From the NCBI GenBank assembly GCA_963717145.1, contig OY970325.1, positions 2,016,001-2,080,000 on the forward strand: 64,000 nt of DNA. Reading direction: 5' to 3'. The stretch comes from an uncultured Armatimonadetes bacterium. GTDB taxonomy: Bacteria > Armatimonadota > UBA5829 > DTJY01. Both the position numbers and the translations under genes were made by a program. The notes below the pieces were generated by a model, which was not told the origin of the DNA, did no database searches, and saw nothing but the letters and a program-made list of their open reading frames with translations. The number at the start of each line of letters is the position of its first letter. Positions within the stretch are counted from its first letter, which is position 1. Shown piece by piece: positions 1 to 11,864 of this stretch.

Positions 1-1168
1 TACCGATCGACTGGAACGTGTCGCGTGTGATGGTATCAAACACGCTGCCATGCGTGTTCTGCTGCAGATCGGCTATTGAGTCCCGGAGCGTGAAATACGT
101 ATAGTAGTCCCCGTGCCCCTCAGCTCCTCTGACTCCATAGCAGGACTGGTTCATTGCCATCGGAAGGGCGGTCAATGCACACTTCCCGACAGTGCCACGG
201 GCCGAAACGATGGTAGTTCCCTTTGGCAAGAGCCGCGTCGAGGAGTTTCCGAGCCCTTCTTCTGTGATATGCTTCTCCGTGTCGATCACCCAGACATCGC
301 TCGGATCAGGAGCGTCTACCACCGAGAACCAGGGGATATCACCATCCCAGTATTCGGGCGTCTTCGTGCTGGGCGTACCTCCGCCAATCAGGTCTATGCA
401 GTCGAACAAGCTTCTAACACTCCACCCCTTGGGAATCGGGCCGAGTTCCGAGTCCTCGAACGAGTCGGGGAAGAGGGCGGCGGTGGCATCATCCATGCCG
501 GAGGGCTTGCTCCCCTCCATCTTCGCCCGGACGGGGTCGAAGTCCACGAACCAACTCTTGAAGATCGCCCGCGCCATCGCCTCCAGCGTCCGGTTCATCC
601 TCGCGTTCAGCTCGATCTTGTCATCCAGCGCCCCGAGGATGGAGGCAATGGCGACCTGTTCCGGAAGTGGAGGCTGGGCCGCTTGTATCCGCTCTAGATC
701 CCGCTTCGTCACATGCCCGAGCCCTGTTGTCTGCTTGTTGCGTGCAATCCCTATGAAGTTGGGCTTCAGGTACCGCAAGAGGTAGTAGAAGAACGCCCGA
801 TCCACGCCCTCCCCTGGGGTCACCCGAAATGAATGCTGATTGAGCCAGCCATCGCGACCTCGCCACCAGAAGACATCTATCGAAGTCTCTGGCTGACCGG
901 ACCATGAGAAGAGCATATCCCCTGGCTTGACATGAACCGATTCGGTAAACGTCTGCTCGGTGAACTTCGTCTGGCCGGAAATGCCACCCTTCATCTCCGC
1001 TATCTTGATCACCGGTCTACCTGTCGGACTGAACTGTATGTCGCGGAAAGCCAGACCATTGACCCACTGAGCCATTGAGTACAGAGGCCGGTGCTCCCAC
1101 TCGCTGCGAAACTCTGGATGATAGAGCCAGCTCTTCGACTCTGCTGAAGCCAACGGCTCACGCATCAT
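1..1168 (-). CDS. hsdS: Type I restriction-modification specificity subunit, truncated by the left window edge
   Basis: Manual translation from ATG at 1168/1165, overlapping the hsdM stop, gives MMREPLAS... and the conserved HsdS spacer [43 protein letters not shown]. Absent from the ORF track because it has no stop in the window. Confidence 0.92.
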   Translation of the reverse strand, partial: MMREPLASAESKSWLYHPEFRSEWEHRPLYSMAQWVNGLAFRDIQFSPTGRPVIKIAEMKGGISGQTKFTEQTFTESVHVKPGDMLFSWSGQPETSIDVFWWRGRDGWLNQHSFRVTPGEGVDRAFFYYLLRYLKPNFIGIARNKQTTGLGHVTKRDLERIQAAQPPLPEQVAIASILGALDDKIELNARMNRTLEAMARAIFKSWFVDFDPVRAKMEGSKPSGMDDATAALFPDSFEDSELGPIPKGWSVRSLFDCIDLIGGGTPSTKTPEYWDGDIPWFSVVDAPDPSDVWVIDTEKHITEEGLGNSSTRLLPKGTTIVSARGTVGKCALTALPMAMNQSCYGVRGAEGHGDYYTYFTLRDSIADLQQNTHGSVFDTITRDTFQSIG

Positions 1169-2708
1169 ATCCCAGCCCCCTAAGGGTAACGCAGATCGCT
1201 GCTCCCAGCCGATCGGATTCCTCCAACTGCTGCTGCAGTTCGGAGACCAGCCGGGCCATCTTCTCCTCGAACGGCTCATCGTCTTCCTCGGCCGCCGCCG
1301 CTCCGACGTACCGACCGGGGGTCAATACATATCCCTGGTCTTCGATCTCCTTCGTGGTGGCGCTCCTGCAGAAGCCTGGTACATCGGCGTACTCGCCGGC
1401 TTCCGTATCGCCACGCCAAGAATGGTAAGCCCCGGCGATCTTTCCAATATCCTCATCGGTAAGATCGCGGTGGATGCGGTCACGCATCGTTCCGAGTTTT
1501 CGGGCGTCTATGAATAGAGTATGCCCCCGGCGGTCACGGAAGCTGCCGTTCCTCTTATCTCTTGCGAGAAACCAGAGGCAGACGGGGATTTGCGCTGCGT
1601 AGAATAGCTGTGCCGGAAGTGCCACCATGCAATCAACCAGATCCGCTTCGATGATCTTCCGTCGGATCTCCCCTTCGCCGGAGGTATTGCTCGCCATGCT
1701 GCCGTTCGCCAGGACGAACCCGGCGAGACCGGTCGGGGAGAGATGGTGGATGAAATGCTGCACCCAAGCGAAGTTCGCGTTCCCCACAGGCGGAACACCG
1801 AACTTCCATCGGGGATCATCCCTCAGCCTGTCGCCGCCCCAGTCACTGATATTGAACGGAGGATTGGCGATGACAAAGTCAGCCCTGAGGTCGGGATGGA
1901 GGTCGCGATGGAAGCTGTCCGCATGCTCCCGCCCGAGGTTGTTATCTATCCCCTGGATCGCGAGATTCATCATCGCCAGCCGCCATGTGGTCGGGTTCGA
2001 CTCCTGACCGTAGACGCTGAGATCCCCGACATTTCCGCCGTGGGCCTCGATGAACTCCTCGCTCTGGACGAACATCCCACCGCTGCCGCAGCAGGGGTCG
2101 TAGACCCTCCCCTTGTACGGGGCGAGCATCTCGACAAGGACACGGACGACGCACTTAGGGGTATAGAACTCGCCGCCCCTCTTACCCTCGGCGCTCGCGA
2201 ACAGGGAGAGGAAATACTCATATACGCGTCCGATGACATCCCTCGACCGGTTCTCCTTGTCGCCGAGACCGATGCCGCTCACCAGGTCAACCAGTTCACC
2301 GAGCCTTCGCTTATCGAGAGCCGGACGGGCGTAATCCTTGGGAAGCACACCTTTGAGGGCGGGGTTGTCTCGCTCGATGGCGACCATCGCATCATCGATG
2401 GTCTTCCCGATAGCGGGTTGCTTCGCCCTTCCCTGAATGAACGACCATCGAGACTCCTGCGGCACCCAGAATATGTTCTCTGACAGGTATTCATCGCTGT
2501 CCTCCGGGTTGGCGAGTGCGTCCGCTACGAGCTGCAGGCGCTTCTCCTCGAACGCGTCGGAGATATACTTGAGGAATATCAGACCGAGGACCACGTGCTT
2601 ATACTCGGCGGCGTCCAGGTTGTTCCGGAGCTTATCGGCGGCCTGCCAGAGAATCGCCTCGAACCCGAGGTTCGCGCCGTTTCCGTTCTGAGAACCGTTC
2701 CTTGCCAT
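1158..2708 (-). CDS. hsdM: Type I R-M N6-adenine methyltransferase subunit
   Basis: [10 protein letters not shown]-terminus, GEFYTP, motif [10 protein letters not shown], motif IV NPPF. Confidence 0.97.
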   Translation of the reverse strand: MARNGSQNGNGANLGFEAILWQAADKLRNNLDAAEYKHVVLGLIFLKYISDAFEEKRLQLVADALANPEDSDEYLSENIFWVPQESRWSFIQGRAKQPAIGKTIDDAMVAIERDNPALKGVLPKDYARPALDKRRLGELVDLVSGIGLGDKENRSRDVIGRVYEYFLSLFASAEGKRGGEFYTPKCVVRVLVEMLAPYKGRVYDPCCGSGGMFVQSEEFIEAHGGNVGDLSVYGQESNPTTWRLAMMNLAIQGIDNNLGREHADSFHRDLHPDLRADFVIANPPFNISDWGGDRLRDDPRWKFGVPPVGNANFAWVQHFIHHLSPTGLAGFVLANGSMASNTSGEGEIRRKIIEADLVDCMVALPAQLFYAAQIPVCLWFLARDKRNGSFRDRRGHTLFIDARKLGTMRDRIHRDLTDEDIGKIAGAYHSWRGDTEAGEYADVPGFCRSATTKEIEDQGYVLTPGRYVGAAAAEEDDEPFEEKMARLVSELQQQLEESDRLGAAICVTLRGLGYDA

Positions 2709-2789
2709 TGGTGCTGTCCTTGCTATGGGGAATCCGCCGGTGGAGCGTGTCGGCGTCTTCCGTCATCTACAGGTGAGGAATACATAGAG

Positions 2790-2817
2790 AGTATAACAGG
2801 CCTAACTGCTGTGTCAA
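2790..2817 (-). promoter_or_regulatory. Sigma70-type promoter for hsdMS
   Basis: TTGACA-16nt-TATACT with an extended TG, about 80 nt upstream of hsdM. Confidence 0.65.
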
Positions 2818-2952
2818 GCTATCGCGTTCCATGGAGACCGCCGAGCGCAGGCTTCCGGCCAGTCCATGAAGGTGATCGCCGAGCAAGACAGAATTGAGCT
2901 AGTGTAACCTCAGCCTTGGAAGATGGCCGTTGAGTCCGAGTTTGCGTAACCC

Positions 2953-4017
2953 GTGTTGCGCGATGACAGTGGGAGCGATAGGATGGACGGAATACGCCCT
3001 GACATAGTGAAGTGGACCGAGGAGTATCAAGCCAACTCCGTTCGGAATCCTTGGTACTTTGTGGTGCAGTCCGCCAACATGATGCCCGGCGAGGGCATTC
3101 GGATAACGATGTATCCTGATATACCGGCGCGGATAAAGCTCGGCACAATGATCGAGCCGGAGAGCGATGACGACATCCAGGTACTCGAAGTGATCGTCGA
3201 TGAAGTCATCACCGAGCGGAACTCGCATGAGTTGAGAGAAACGCTCACCGTCATTCAGAAGACACAGGGGCTGTGCTTCGAAGATGGTCTGCTCCTGATC
3301 GTGCACTTGTTCTTCTGGTTGGTGGACTGGGACCGAAACAGGAGTGGGGAGCCCTCGCTGCTCTCGGGACGAACCTTCCGCGATGAGCCTGATGATCTTC
3401 GCAGCAATCACGACAAGCTGATGAACGTGCTTCGATACTACTCGATGACTTCCGTAGACAAGCTGCTCAGGCTCTGGCGCGATAACCAGAGTCTCCTGAT
3501 AGGAGGACTCGTCAGACCATGCCCTGGTAAGCCGGGGCTTCCCACCTACATGTACTTTCCCCCGCACTGGTTGAGTCCCGAGGATCTGCGAGTTCTCGAT
3601 GGGGATGAGGCCACTGTGCCGCAGGTTCCGGCGTTGATAGACGCGGATGTGGTGTCGCTGGTTCCGGAGATCGTCAACCTGTTGAAAGCTCGTTCCCCGT
3701 ACCAACAGCTTGCGCAGGCTGAATCGGCGGGCAAGGCCGCTGCTTCCGAGGAAAGGGCCTTCCGATACTCCCCGGACTTCCGAACCGTGAACTTGCGGGG
3801 GAAGGTCTATGTTCTGACGACATCTCAGGCTGTGGTGGTGCAGTGTCTCTGGGAAAACTATGAGCAGGGAACACCTGACATCGGCCAGGGCTACCTGCTT
3901 GAGGAACTCCTGGGTGGAACCCGCATCCGCCTCAAAGACGTCTTCAAGCACAGCGATGCGTTGGGAGAACTGATCGTTGCAGGGAAGAAGCGCGGCACTG
4001 TTCGGCTGAATATCTGA
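2953..4017 (+). CDS. Hypothetical protein with a putative C-terminal winged-helix DNA-binding domain
   Basis: 354-aa ORF. The C-terminal SPDFRTVNLRGKVYVLTTSQAVVVQCLWE...RLKDVFK...GKKRGTVRL resembles OmpR-like wHTH topology; the N-terminus is unrecognised. Confidence 0.6.
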   Translation: MLRDDSGSDRMDGIRPDIVKWTEEYQANSVRNPWYFVVQSANMMPGEGIRITMYPDIPARIKLGTMIEPESDDDIQVLEVIVDEVITERNSHELRETLTVIQKTQGLCFEDGLLLIVHLFFWLVDWDRNRSGEPSLLSGRTFRDEPDDLRSNHDKLMNVLRYYSMTSVDKLLRLWRDNQSLLIGGLVRPCPGKPGLPTYMYFPPHWLSPEDLRVLDGDEATVPQVPALIDADVVSLVPEIVNLLKARSPYQQLAQAESAGKAAASEERAFRYSPDFRTVNLRGKVYVLTTSQAVVVQCLWENYEQGTPDIGQGYLLEELLGGTRIRLKDVFKHSDALGELIVAGKKRGTVRLNI

Positions 4018-4029
4018 GTTTTCGCGAAA

Positions 4030-4096
4030 TACCCCACATACTACCCCACTTCTTACCACCCGGGCCTAGGTATCCTCAAGGAAACCTAGGCCCGGG
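4030..4096. promoter_or_regulatory. Three 12-bp-phased direct repeats followed by a 13-bp inverted repeat
   Basis: TACCCCAC (4030), TACCCCAC (4042), TACCACCC (4054); arms CCCGGGCCTAGGT (4059-4071) and ACCTAGGCCCGGG (4084-4096). Confidence 0.6.
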
Positions 4097-4208
4097 CGGC
4101 ATCTAGACCAGGAGCTTCCTCCGAACCTCGGGAGGTCAGAACCCCGAGGGAGCCAAGCCGGGCCAGCCTCTCGGGGCTTTTCTATTGCGGCAGGCGAGGT
4201 GTTTGGGA

Positions 4209-4403
4209 GTGGCGGACAGGCAGCACGGGAGATTCAGCATTACGGCGAGGACATCCGAAGAGCCGATGTCGGCCTGCGATGTGCAGAAGGCCGAGGCGAT
4301 CTTGGCGCGACTCGTGGCGCGTGCATATGCCGCCGATCATCCAGAGCTGTTTGGTCCGAGGCTACGTGAGATCCTGGACCGGGAGAAAGGTGACAGGCGA
4401 TGA
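4209..4403 (+). CDS. Small hypothetical protein coupled to the replicase
   Basis: GTG preceded by GAGGT; stop overlaps the ATG of the next gene (ATGA). Confidence 0.55.
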   Translation: MADRQHGRFSITARTSEEPMSACDVQKAEAILARLVARAYAADHPELFGPRLREILDREKGDRR

Positions 4404-6637
4404 GTAAGTCGGAATGCGTCAGGCGGGCAACTGAGGAGACGAAGATGAATGCGCTAGATGGGCTCGGGCTAGGTTGGTCGGTCATACCCGTGCGGAAGGA
4501 CAAGCGACCGTTCCTATCCGAGTGGAAACCATACCAGACTGTCCAGCCTGACGAGGCAGCTCTGACGCAGTGGCAGCAGCAATACAAGCCTCCAGCATGG
4601 GCGGTGGTCACCGGCGCTATCAGCGGCATCGTCGTCCTGGACTTCGACGGAGAGAAGGGCGCAGAGACGATGCGCTCGCTCGGACTCGATCCGCACGTGC
4701 GGACGCCATCGGGCGGCTTCCACGTCTACTTCCAACATCCTGGCTTCGAGGTCAAGACGCTGAACGGGAAGTCCAAGGCGGAACTCGGCCGGCGATTTCC
4801 CGGCCTGGACATACGAGGGGACGGCGGCTATGCGGTTTTCTGCGGTCGGAACTCAGCGGGGAGGTACGAGTGGCTGCGAGAACCGGTAGCTGACCCCGTC
4901 TCGATAGTGCCAGCGGAGGTTCGTGGGTTTCTGCATCTCGACACACCTCAACACGCCTCGGTATCCGACAAACTGCTTAAGGCGGCGCTGAAGCAATCTG
5001 TGACCGGCCGGAACGACGCCGGGTTCTGGCTCGCGTGCCAACTCCGCGACAACGGGCTGAGCCGAAGTGACGCGGAGTCGGTCATGACGAGATATCAGGC
5101 AAGCACCGGCGGGATCAACACGAAGGGCCACCCCGAGGAATACGGCGTTGAGGAAACTCTCGCATCGCTCGAACAGGCATACAGCGCACCGGCAAGGGAA
5201 TCGTCGATCGGAAGGGTCGAGGTCCCCTGCGGCGGTCGGAAGACCGATCAGAGGAACGACGATCAACCCATTCGGGTCAAGGCCTGGCCGGACGCGCTAG
5301 CGCCCGAGGCATTCCACGGCCTGGCCGGTGATCTCGTCCGAGCGCTCGAACCACACACGGAAGCAGACCCTGCGGCACTTCTTTCTTCTTTCTTCGTAGC
5401 GTTCGGCAACTTGATCGGGCGCACGGCATACTTCGTGGCCGAGGCGGACAAGCACTACCTGAACCTCTTCCTGGTGTTGGTCGGAACATCTTCGAAGGGC
5501 CGCAAAGGCGTGTCATTCAGGCGCATTCAAGCAATGCTCGGCGAGTTGGATGCCGACTGGGAGTCCTCACGCATACACTCCGGTCTGTCCAGCGGCGAAG
5601 GCCTTATCTGGGCGGTGCGCGATCCGATCGAGAAGCAGGAGCCGATACGAGACAAGAGGGCGATCACCGGCTACCAGACGCTGATCACCGACGAGGGCAT
5701 CAGCGATAAACGGCTGCTGTGCCTGGAGACCGAGTTCGCGAGCGTGCTCCGGGTTCTCAGCAGAGAAGGCAACACACTGTCGGCAATCATGCGGAATGCC
5801 TGGGACACCGGTACACTGACGGCGCTTACGAAGAACTCGCCCGCACACGCGACTGGCGCTCACGTCTCGATCATCGGACACATCTCGAAGGAGGAGTTGC
5901 TCCGCTACCTGGAGAGCACTGAGGCCGGCAACGGCTTCGCCAACCGCTTCCTCTGGAGCTGCGTCAGGCGGTCGAAATGCCTGCCCGAGGGAGGCCAACC
6001 GAACCCATCGGAACTGAATGCAATCACCGATCGGCTGAAGGACTGCATTCGCTTCGCCCGCGGGACGGGACAAATGGAGAGAGACCAGGAGGCACGGGAG
6101 CTGTGGCACGAGGTCTACCCGGATCTGTCGGAGGGAAAGCCGGGGCTGCTGGGAGCGATGATTGCCAGAGCGGAGGCGCAGGTGATGCGCCTCGCCTGCA
6201 TCTACGCACTGCTCGATCGCTCGTCGGTCGTCAGGGTGGAGCATCTGAGGGCGGCTCTGGCGTTCTGGCGGTACTGCGAGGAGTCGGCCAGGTACATCTT
6301 CGGCGACTCCCTCGGTGATCCGATAGCGGATGAACTGCTTCAAGTCCTCCGCGAGCGACCGGACGGGATGACGCGCTGGGAGATCACTGGTCACTTCGGG
6401 CGGAACAAACCCTCGTCTGCCCTGGTCGGAGCACTTGGTAGTCTGCTTGAGAGCGGCTTGGCCAGAAGTGAGAAGGAGGCGAGCGGCGGAAGGCCAGCCG
6501 AGAGATGGTTCGCGACCGCACCTCCCCCGACGCCGCCCGACGAAGAATACGAAGTACACGAAGAAACAGGCGACGGAGTGAAGGCCACTTCATATACTAC
6601 CCTGGCGGACACTGACGATTCGAGCTGTTCTGCGTAA
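4400..6637 (+). CDS. Bifunctional primase/polymerase (Prim-Pol) plus PriCT plus DUF3987-like helicase domain replication protein
   Basis: VIPV..KRP...WK.YQ, VVLDFD, TPSGGFHVYF, LDIRGDGGY (Prim-Pol); GRND (PriCT); LVGTSSKGRKG, SSGEGL, NGFANRFL (DUF3987-like). Confidence 0.88.
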   Translation: MSKSECVRRATEETKMNALDGLGLGWSVIPVRKDKRPFLSEWKPYQTVQPDEAALTQWQQQYKPPAWAVVTGAISGIVVLDFDGEKGAETMRSLGLDPHVRTPSGGFHVYFQHPGFEVKTLNGKSKAELGRRFPGLDIRGDGGYAVFCGRNSAGRYEWLREPVADPVSIVPAEVRGFLHLDTPQHASVSDKLLKAALKQSVTGRNDAGFWLACQLRDNGLSRSDAESVMTRYQASTGGINTKGHPEEYGVEETLASLEQAYSAPARESSIGRVEVPCGGRKTDQRNDDQPIRVKAWPDALAPEAFHGLAGDLVRALEPHTEADPAALLSSFFVAFGNLIGRTAYFVAEADKHYLNLFLVLVGTSSKGRKGVSFRRIQAMLGELDADWESSRIHSGLSSGEGLIWAVRDPIEKQEPIRDKRAITGYQTLITDEGISDKRLLCLETEFASVLRVLSREGNTLSAIMRNAWDTGTLTALTKNSPAHATGAHVSIIGHISKEELLRYLESTEAGNGFANRFLWSCVRRSKCLPEGGQPNPSELNAITDRLKDCIRFARGTGQMERDQEARELWHEVYPDLSEGKPGLLGAMIARAEAQVMRLACIYALLDRSSVVRVEHLRAALAFWRYCEESARYIFGDSLGDPIADELLQVLRERPDGMTRWEITGHFGRNKPSSALVGALGSLLESGLARSEKEASGGRPAERWFATAPPPTPPDEEYEVHEETGDGVKATSYTTLADTDDSSCSA

Positions 6638-6798
6638 GGACCGCAGTAAGGTGTTAGGATTGTTAAGCTTTCCAGGGACTTGTCATACGGACAGGCGGCG
6701 AGAGGACGACAAGCTCGAACCCCGGGCACCGCCGGCGGCGCCCGCAGAGCCTCTCGGCTGTTGATTGAGGGACTCTCAAGCAGTCAGCTTGCCAGGTA

Positions 6799-6827
6799 TT
6801 GACACAATAGCACCATGGTGTTATACT
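6799..6827 (+). promoter_or_regulatory. Consensus sigma70 promoter with a palindromic operator in the spacer
   Basis: TTGACA-17nt-TATACT; perfect palindrome CACCATGGTG (6811-6820), extendable to ATAGCACCATGGTGTTAT. Confidence 0.8.
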
Positions 6828-6846
6828 GTGGGTGGAGGTGCCGATC

Positions 6847-6995
6847 ATGGTGCGATACACGATTCGAATGTCGGATGAACTGCACGAGAAGATTCGATGG
6901 CTGGCTTACCAGGAGCACAGGAGCCAGCATGAGATCATGCTCGAAACCCTTGAGAGGGCGCTGAAGGATGTCAAGGTGCCGGAGGATGGACGGAA

Positions 6996-6999
<4 letters not shown>
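6847..6999 (+). CDS. Arc/CopG-like ribbon-helix-helix regulator (50 aa, not in the ORF track)
   Basis: RBS GGAGGT; MVRYTIRMSDELHEKIRWLAYQEHRSQHEIMLETLERALKDVKVPEDGRK shows the alternating beta-strand plus two helices and the RS turn of RHH proteins; stop overlaps the recombinase GTG (GTGA). Confidence 0.82.
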
Positions 7000-8787
<1,788 letters not shown>

Positions 8788-8797
8788 TATCGTTGGC

Positions 8798-8826
8798 ATT
8801 ATACCATCCGATCCCAGGTTTGTAAA
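8798..8826 (-). promoter_or_regulatory. Sigma70 promoter of tRNA-fMet
   Basis: TTTACA-17nt-TATAAT. Confidence 0.75.
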
Positions 8827-8874
8827 GGCCCGAGGCGAAGTATTTCGCTCCGGGCCGGATTCGTCTTCTATCCC

Positions 8875-10332
8875 CTAGTCTACCGGGACCTCGACGAGCA
8901 TCGTGCGCTCCTTTGTCCCGACCCTCAGGTACAGCGTGTCGCCGGACTTCGCGTCCTTCGTCGCAGCATCGAAGTCGGCGACCGTCTTTGCCGACCTGCC
9001 GTTCACGGCTCGGACGATCAGACCCGGTCTGAGTCCCGCTTGGGCGGCACGGCTTCCGGCTGTTACTTTGGTGATCACGACGCCGTTGCTCTCGTCAAGA
9101 TTGTACCGGGATGCCAGGTCCGGGGTCAGATCCGCGACGCTGAATCCGATCTTTCCGGTGACTTCCTCGGGTGGCGCGCCGGCAACGGTTGTCGGCGCCT
9201 CGTCCAGGGTGACCTTCAGGGTCTTCTGCTGTTTGTCGCGCATCACCAGGACATCGATGGACTTTCCAGGCGGCGTGGCGGCGACCAGCTCTCGGAACTG
9301 ATTCTCGGACTCCACGGGCTTGCCGTCGAACTCCAGAATGACGTCTTCAACCTGCAGGCCAGCTTTGTCGGCCGGAGTCCCCACATCGACCGTGAGCACG
9401 AGCACACCTTTCTTGACGCCATAACGCTCAGCGGTCTTCGGAGTGAGATCGGTTGGCGCAACTCCCAGGTATCCGCGGCTTACCTTGCCGGTCTTGATGA
9501 GCTGATCCATCGCGAACTTGGCGGTGTTGACCGGGATGGCGAAACCTATGCCGATGTTCCCACCGCTTCCTGACCGAATCAACGTGTTGATGCCGATGAC
9601 CTGGCCGTCGATGTTGATCAAGGGTCCGCCGCTGTTGCCGGGATTGATCGACGCGTCGGTCTGAATAAGGTTGGAGTAGAAGCGGCCCTCAGTACCGTCA
9701 GCAACCTCAGCGTGACGTCCTTTCGCGCTGACGACTCCAACGGTGACTGACTGGTCGTACCCGAACGGACTGCCCATGGCAATCGCCCATGAGCCGACTT
9801 TCACCTTGTCCGAATCACCGAGCTTGGCAGCCGGAAGTCCGGTCGCATCGATCTTCACGATCGCCAGGTCGCCGCGCGGGTCACGGGAAACGGTGCCTTT
9901 GAACTCGCGTCCATCCTGAAGTGTGACCGTGACCTTGTCGGCTCCACCGGCCACGTGATCGTTTGTCAGGATATAGCCGTCACTCCGCACGATCACGCCT
10001 GAGCCGGAACTGGGGACGACCTGCGTGTCCGGGCCGTTGTCCGGCGTGGGGGACTGGAACGGGAAGTTGCGGAAGAATTCGTCATTGAACGGATTCTCGC
10101 CCACACTGACCTTGCGCTCGCTGTTGATCTTGACCACCGACGGGAGGGTTTCCTCGGCGATGGAGCTGAACGCGTCCTCCAGGACGTGAAGCGCGGCTCG
10201 CTGCTGGACAGTGGTGGCTTTGTCCTGTGCGTAGACGGTGTTGCCGGTGAGATTGACAGCAAGAGAGGCCCCAAGGGCGATGCACAGGATGGCGACTACC
10301 AGGATCTCCGGTCTTCGAAGCAGTCTTCGCAT
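8875..10332 (-). CDS. htrA: HtrA/DegP (Do family) serine protease with two PDZ domains
   Basis: TNDHV, DLAIVK, TDASINPGNSGGPL, two PDZ domains; start placed near RBS GGAGGA. Confidence 0.93.
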   Translation of the reverse strand: MRRLLRRPEILVVAILCIALGASLAVNLTGNTVYAQDKATTVQQRAALHVLEDAFSSIAEETLPSVVKINSERKVSVGENPFNDEFFRNFPFQSPTPDNGPDTQVVPSSGSGVIVRSDGYILTNDHVAGGADKVTVTLQDGREFKGTVSRDPRGDLAIVKIDATGLPAAKLGDSDKVKVGSWAIAMGSPFGYDQSVTVGVVSAKGRHAEVADGTEGRFYSNLIQTDASINPGNSGGPLINIDGQVIGINTLIRSGSGGNIGIGFAIPVNTAKFAMDQLIKTGKVSRGYLGVAPTDLTPKTAERYGVKKGVLVLTVDVGTPADKAGLQVEDVILEFDGKPVESENQFRELVAATPPGKSIDVLVMRDKQQKTLKVTLDEAPTTVAGAPPEEVTGKIGFSVADLTPDLASRYNLDESNGVVITKVTAGSRAAQAGLRPGLIVRAVNGRSAKTVADFDAATKDAKSGDTLYLRVGTKERTMLVEVPVD

Positions 10333-10465
10333 GTTCAACGTGTATCCTCCTGAGAATAAGTTAAAAAGAAAACCGCATGGCGCGGCGGGTTCGGGCAATG
10401 ATGGAGGCGTCCGGGTTGTTTTCCCGGACACCTCTCTTGGTCTCGGCCACCAGGGGTCGGCCGTA

Positions 10466-11035
10466 CTACTTATACTCCGCCAGGATCAGACCACCTGTGC
10501 TGGAACCATGAGTGAGTTGTCCGGCACTGGCAGCCGGCTGCCATCCCGTCGAGTCCTTCTGGTACATCGAGGACACCGCGACTGGGGCACCCTCAGCGAA
10601 CGCACCATACTGCATCGGCCTATTGTCAGCGAAAGCCTGCAGAGTTGCGGAAGAGATCGGGATACTCGCGAGGCGGGGGACGCTCACGTCGCCACCGCGG
10701 ACCATAAGGAGCATGGCGATGACGGCGATTCCTGCTGCTCCGACTCGCATGCCGGCCGGGAATGCCCTGAACTGGTTCCGAGCAGCCGAAGCGAGGCGAA
10801 CATAGAATGGGACGTGGACCTCGTCCAGCCTGCTGCAGATCCTGACCGCCAGGTCGTCCACCGGACGCTTGGGGCTAAGCTTGCCGAACATCCTCTTGAC
10901 TGCGAGCAGCGATTCGTACTCCCCGGAGCATTCCGCGCAGCCGTTGAGGTGGTGACGGATGGCCAGCATTTCCTGGCCACCGAGTTCTCCGTCGAGGTAG
11001 GCGGAGATCAGATTCCGGGCCTTTTGGCAGTTCAT
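10466..11035 (-). CDS. Zinc-binding anti-sigma factor (zf-HC2)
   Basis: C...LISAYLDGEL...HLNGCAEC plus one TM segment; lies downstream of an ECF sigma gene. Confidence 0.88.
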   Translation of the reverse strand: MNCQKARNLISAYLDGELGGQEMLAIRHHLNGCAECSGEYESLLAVKRMFGKLSPKRPVDDLAVRICSRLDEVHVPFYVRLASAARNQFRAFPAGMRVGAAGIAVIAMLLMVRGGDVSVPRLASIPISSATLQAFADNRPMQYGAFAEGAPVAVSSMYQKDSTGWQPAASAGQLTHGSSTGGLILAEYK

Positions 11036-11055
11036 TTTACAGTCCCCCAGACCGT

Positions 11056-11625
11056 CTATTCGAAGTATGGTCTAAGCTTTTCCCGGAGTAGTTTCCTACC
11101 CCGATGTAGCCTGGAGCGAACTGTGCCGATCGAGCAACCCATTACCTCGCTGATCTCTTCGTATGAGAGACCTTCGATGTCGCAGAGGATCACCGTCAGC
11201 CGGAAATCCTCAGACAAAGTATTGAGGGCGGCCTGCATCTCGGCATCAAGCTCGTAGGAAAGAGTGATGGCTTCCGGGCCCTCGGCGGTATCGGCGATAT
11301 CGAGTGTCGTCTCGCCTTCTTCCAGCCGAATGGGCTCGTCCAGCGACCTGATATGCGCCTTCGGTCGTCTGCGCAACCAGTCAACAAAGATGTTCGACAT
11401 GATGCGGTACAACCAGTTCTCGAAGGGCATCGAGCGGTTGTAGTTGCCAAAGAACCTGTATGCCTTCACAAAAGCATCCTGAACGAGGTCCTCCGCATCC
11501 GCATGGTTACCGGTTATCCGATAGGCGACGTTGTAAGCCTGCTTGTGATGCCGGCTTACCAGATCGTCAAACACCTTTCGATCTTCGTTCTGAACAGCCA
11601 CTGTGGCCGTGTCACTGAACTCCAT
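11056..11625 (-). CDS. ECF RNA polymerase sigma factor
   Basis: DAEDLVQDAF, FENWLYRI, GLSYEEIS...GTVRSRLHRGR. Confidence 0.95.
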   Translation of the reverse strand: MEFSDTATVAVQNEDRKVFDDLVSRHHKQAYNVAYRITGNHADAEDLVQDAFVKAYRFFGNYNRSMPFENWLYRIMSNIFVDWLRRRPKAHIRSLDEPIRLEEGETTLDIADTAEGPEAITLSYELDAEMQAALNTLSEDFRLTVILCDIEGLSYEEISEVMGCSIGTVRSRLHRGRKLLREKLRPYFE

Positions 11626-11703
11626 CGTCTTTCCCTCACCGTGCTATAATACGGCAATCGCCGCCAAAAAGTTCCTGAGTCGGACTCTGATCCGACACTG
11701 GTA

Positions 11704-11732
11704 ATTATACCAGATTTTGCCCGTTTTGGCAA
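11704..11732 (-). promoter_or_regulatory. Sigma70 promoter for the ECF operon
   Basis: TTGCCA-17nt-TATAAT with an extended TG. Confidence 0.6.
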
Positions 11733-11781
11733 GCGTCAATATACGTTCGTGGAATTGGGTACGGGATGGAGGCTGCCGGAT

Positions 11782-11811
11782 TTGACGGGGATCCCGATGC
11801 ACCCTTATAAT
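11782..11811 (+). promoter_or_regulatory. Sigma70 promoter for the glycosyltransferase operon
   Basis: TTGACG-18nt-TATAAT. Confidence 0.55.
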
Positions 11812-11864
11812 CGGACATGCGGCATTGGCCGGCGCCAACCTGGCGCACGGCTCCGGAGCGAACG

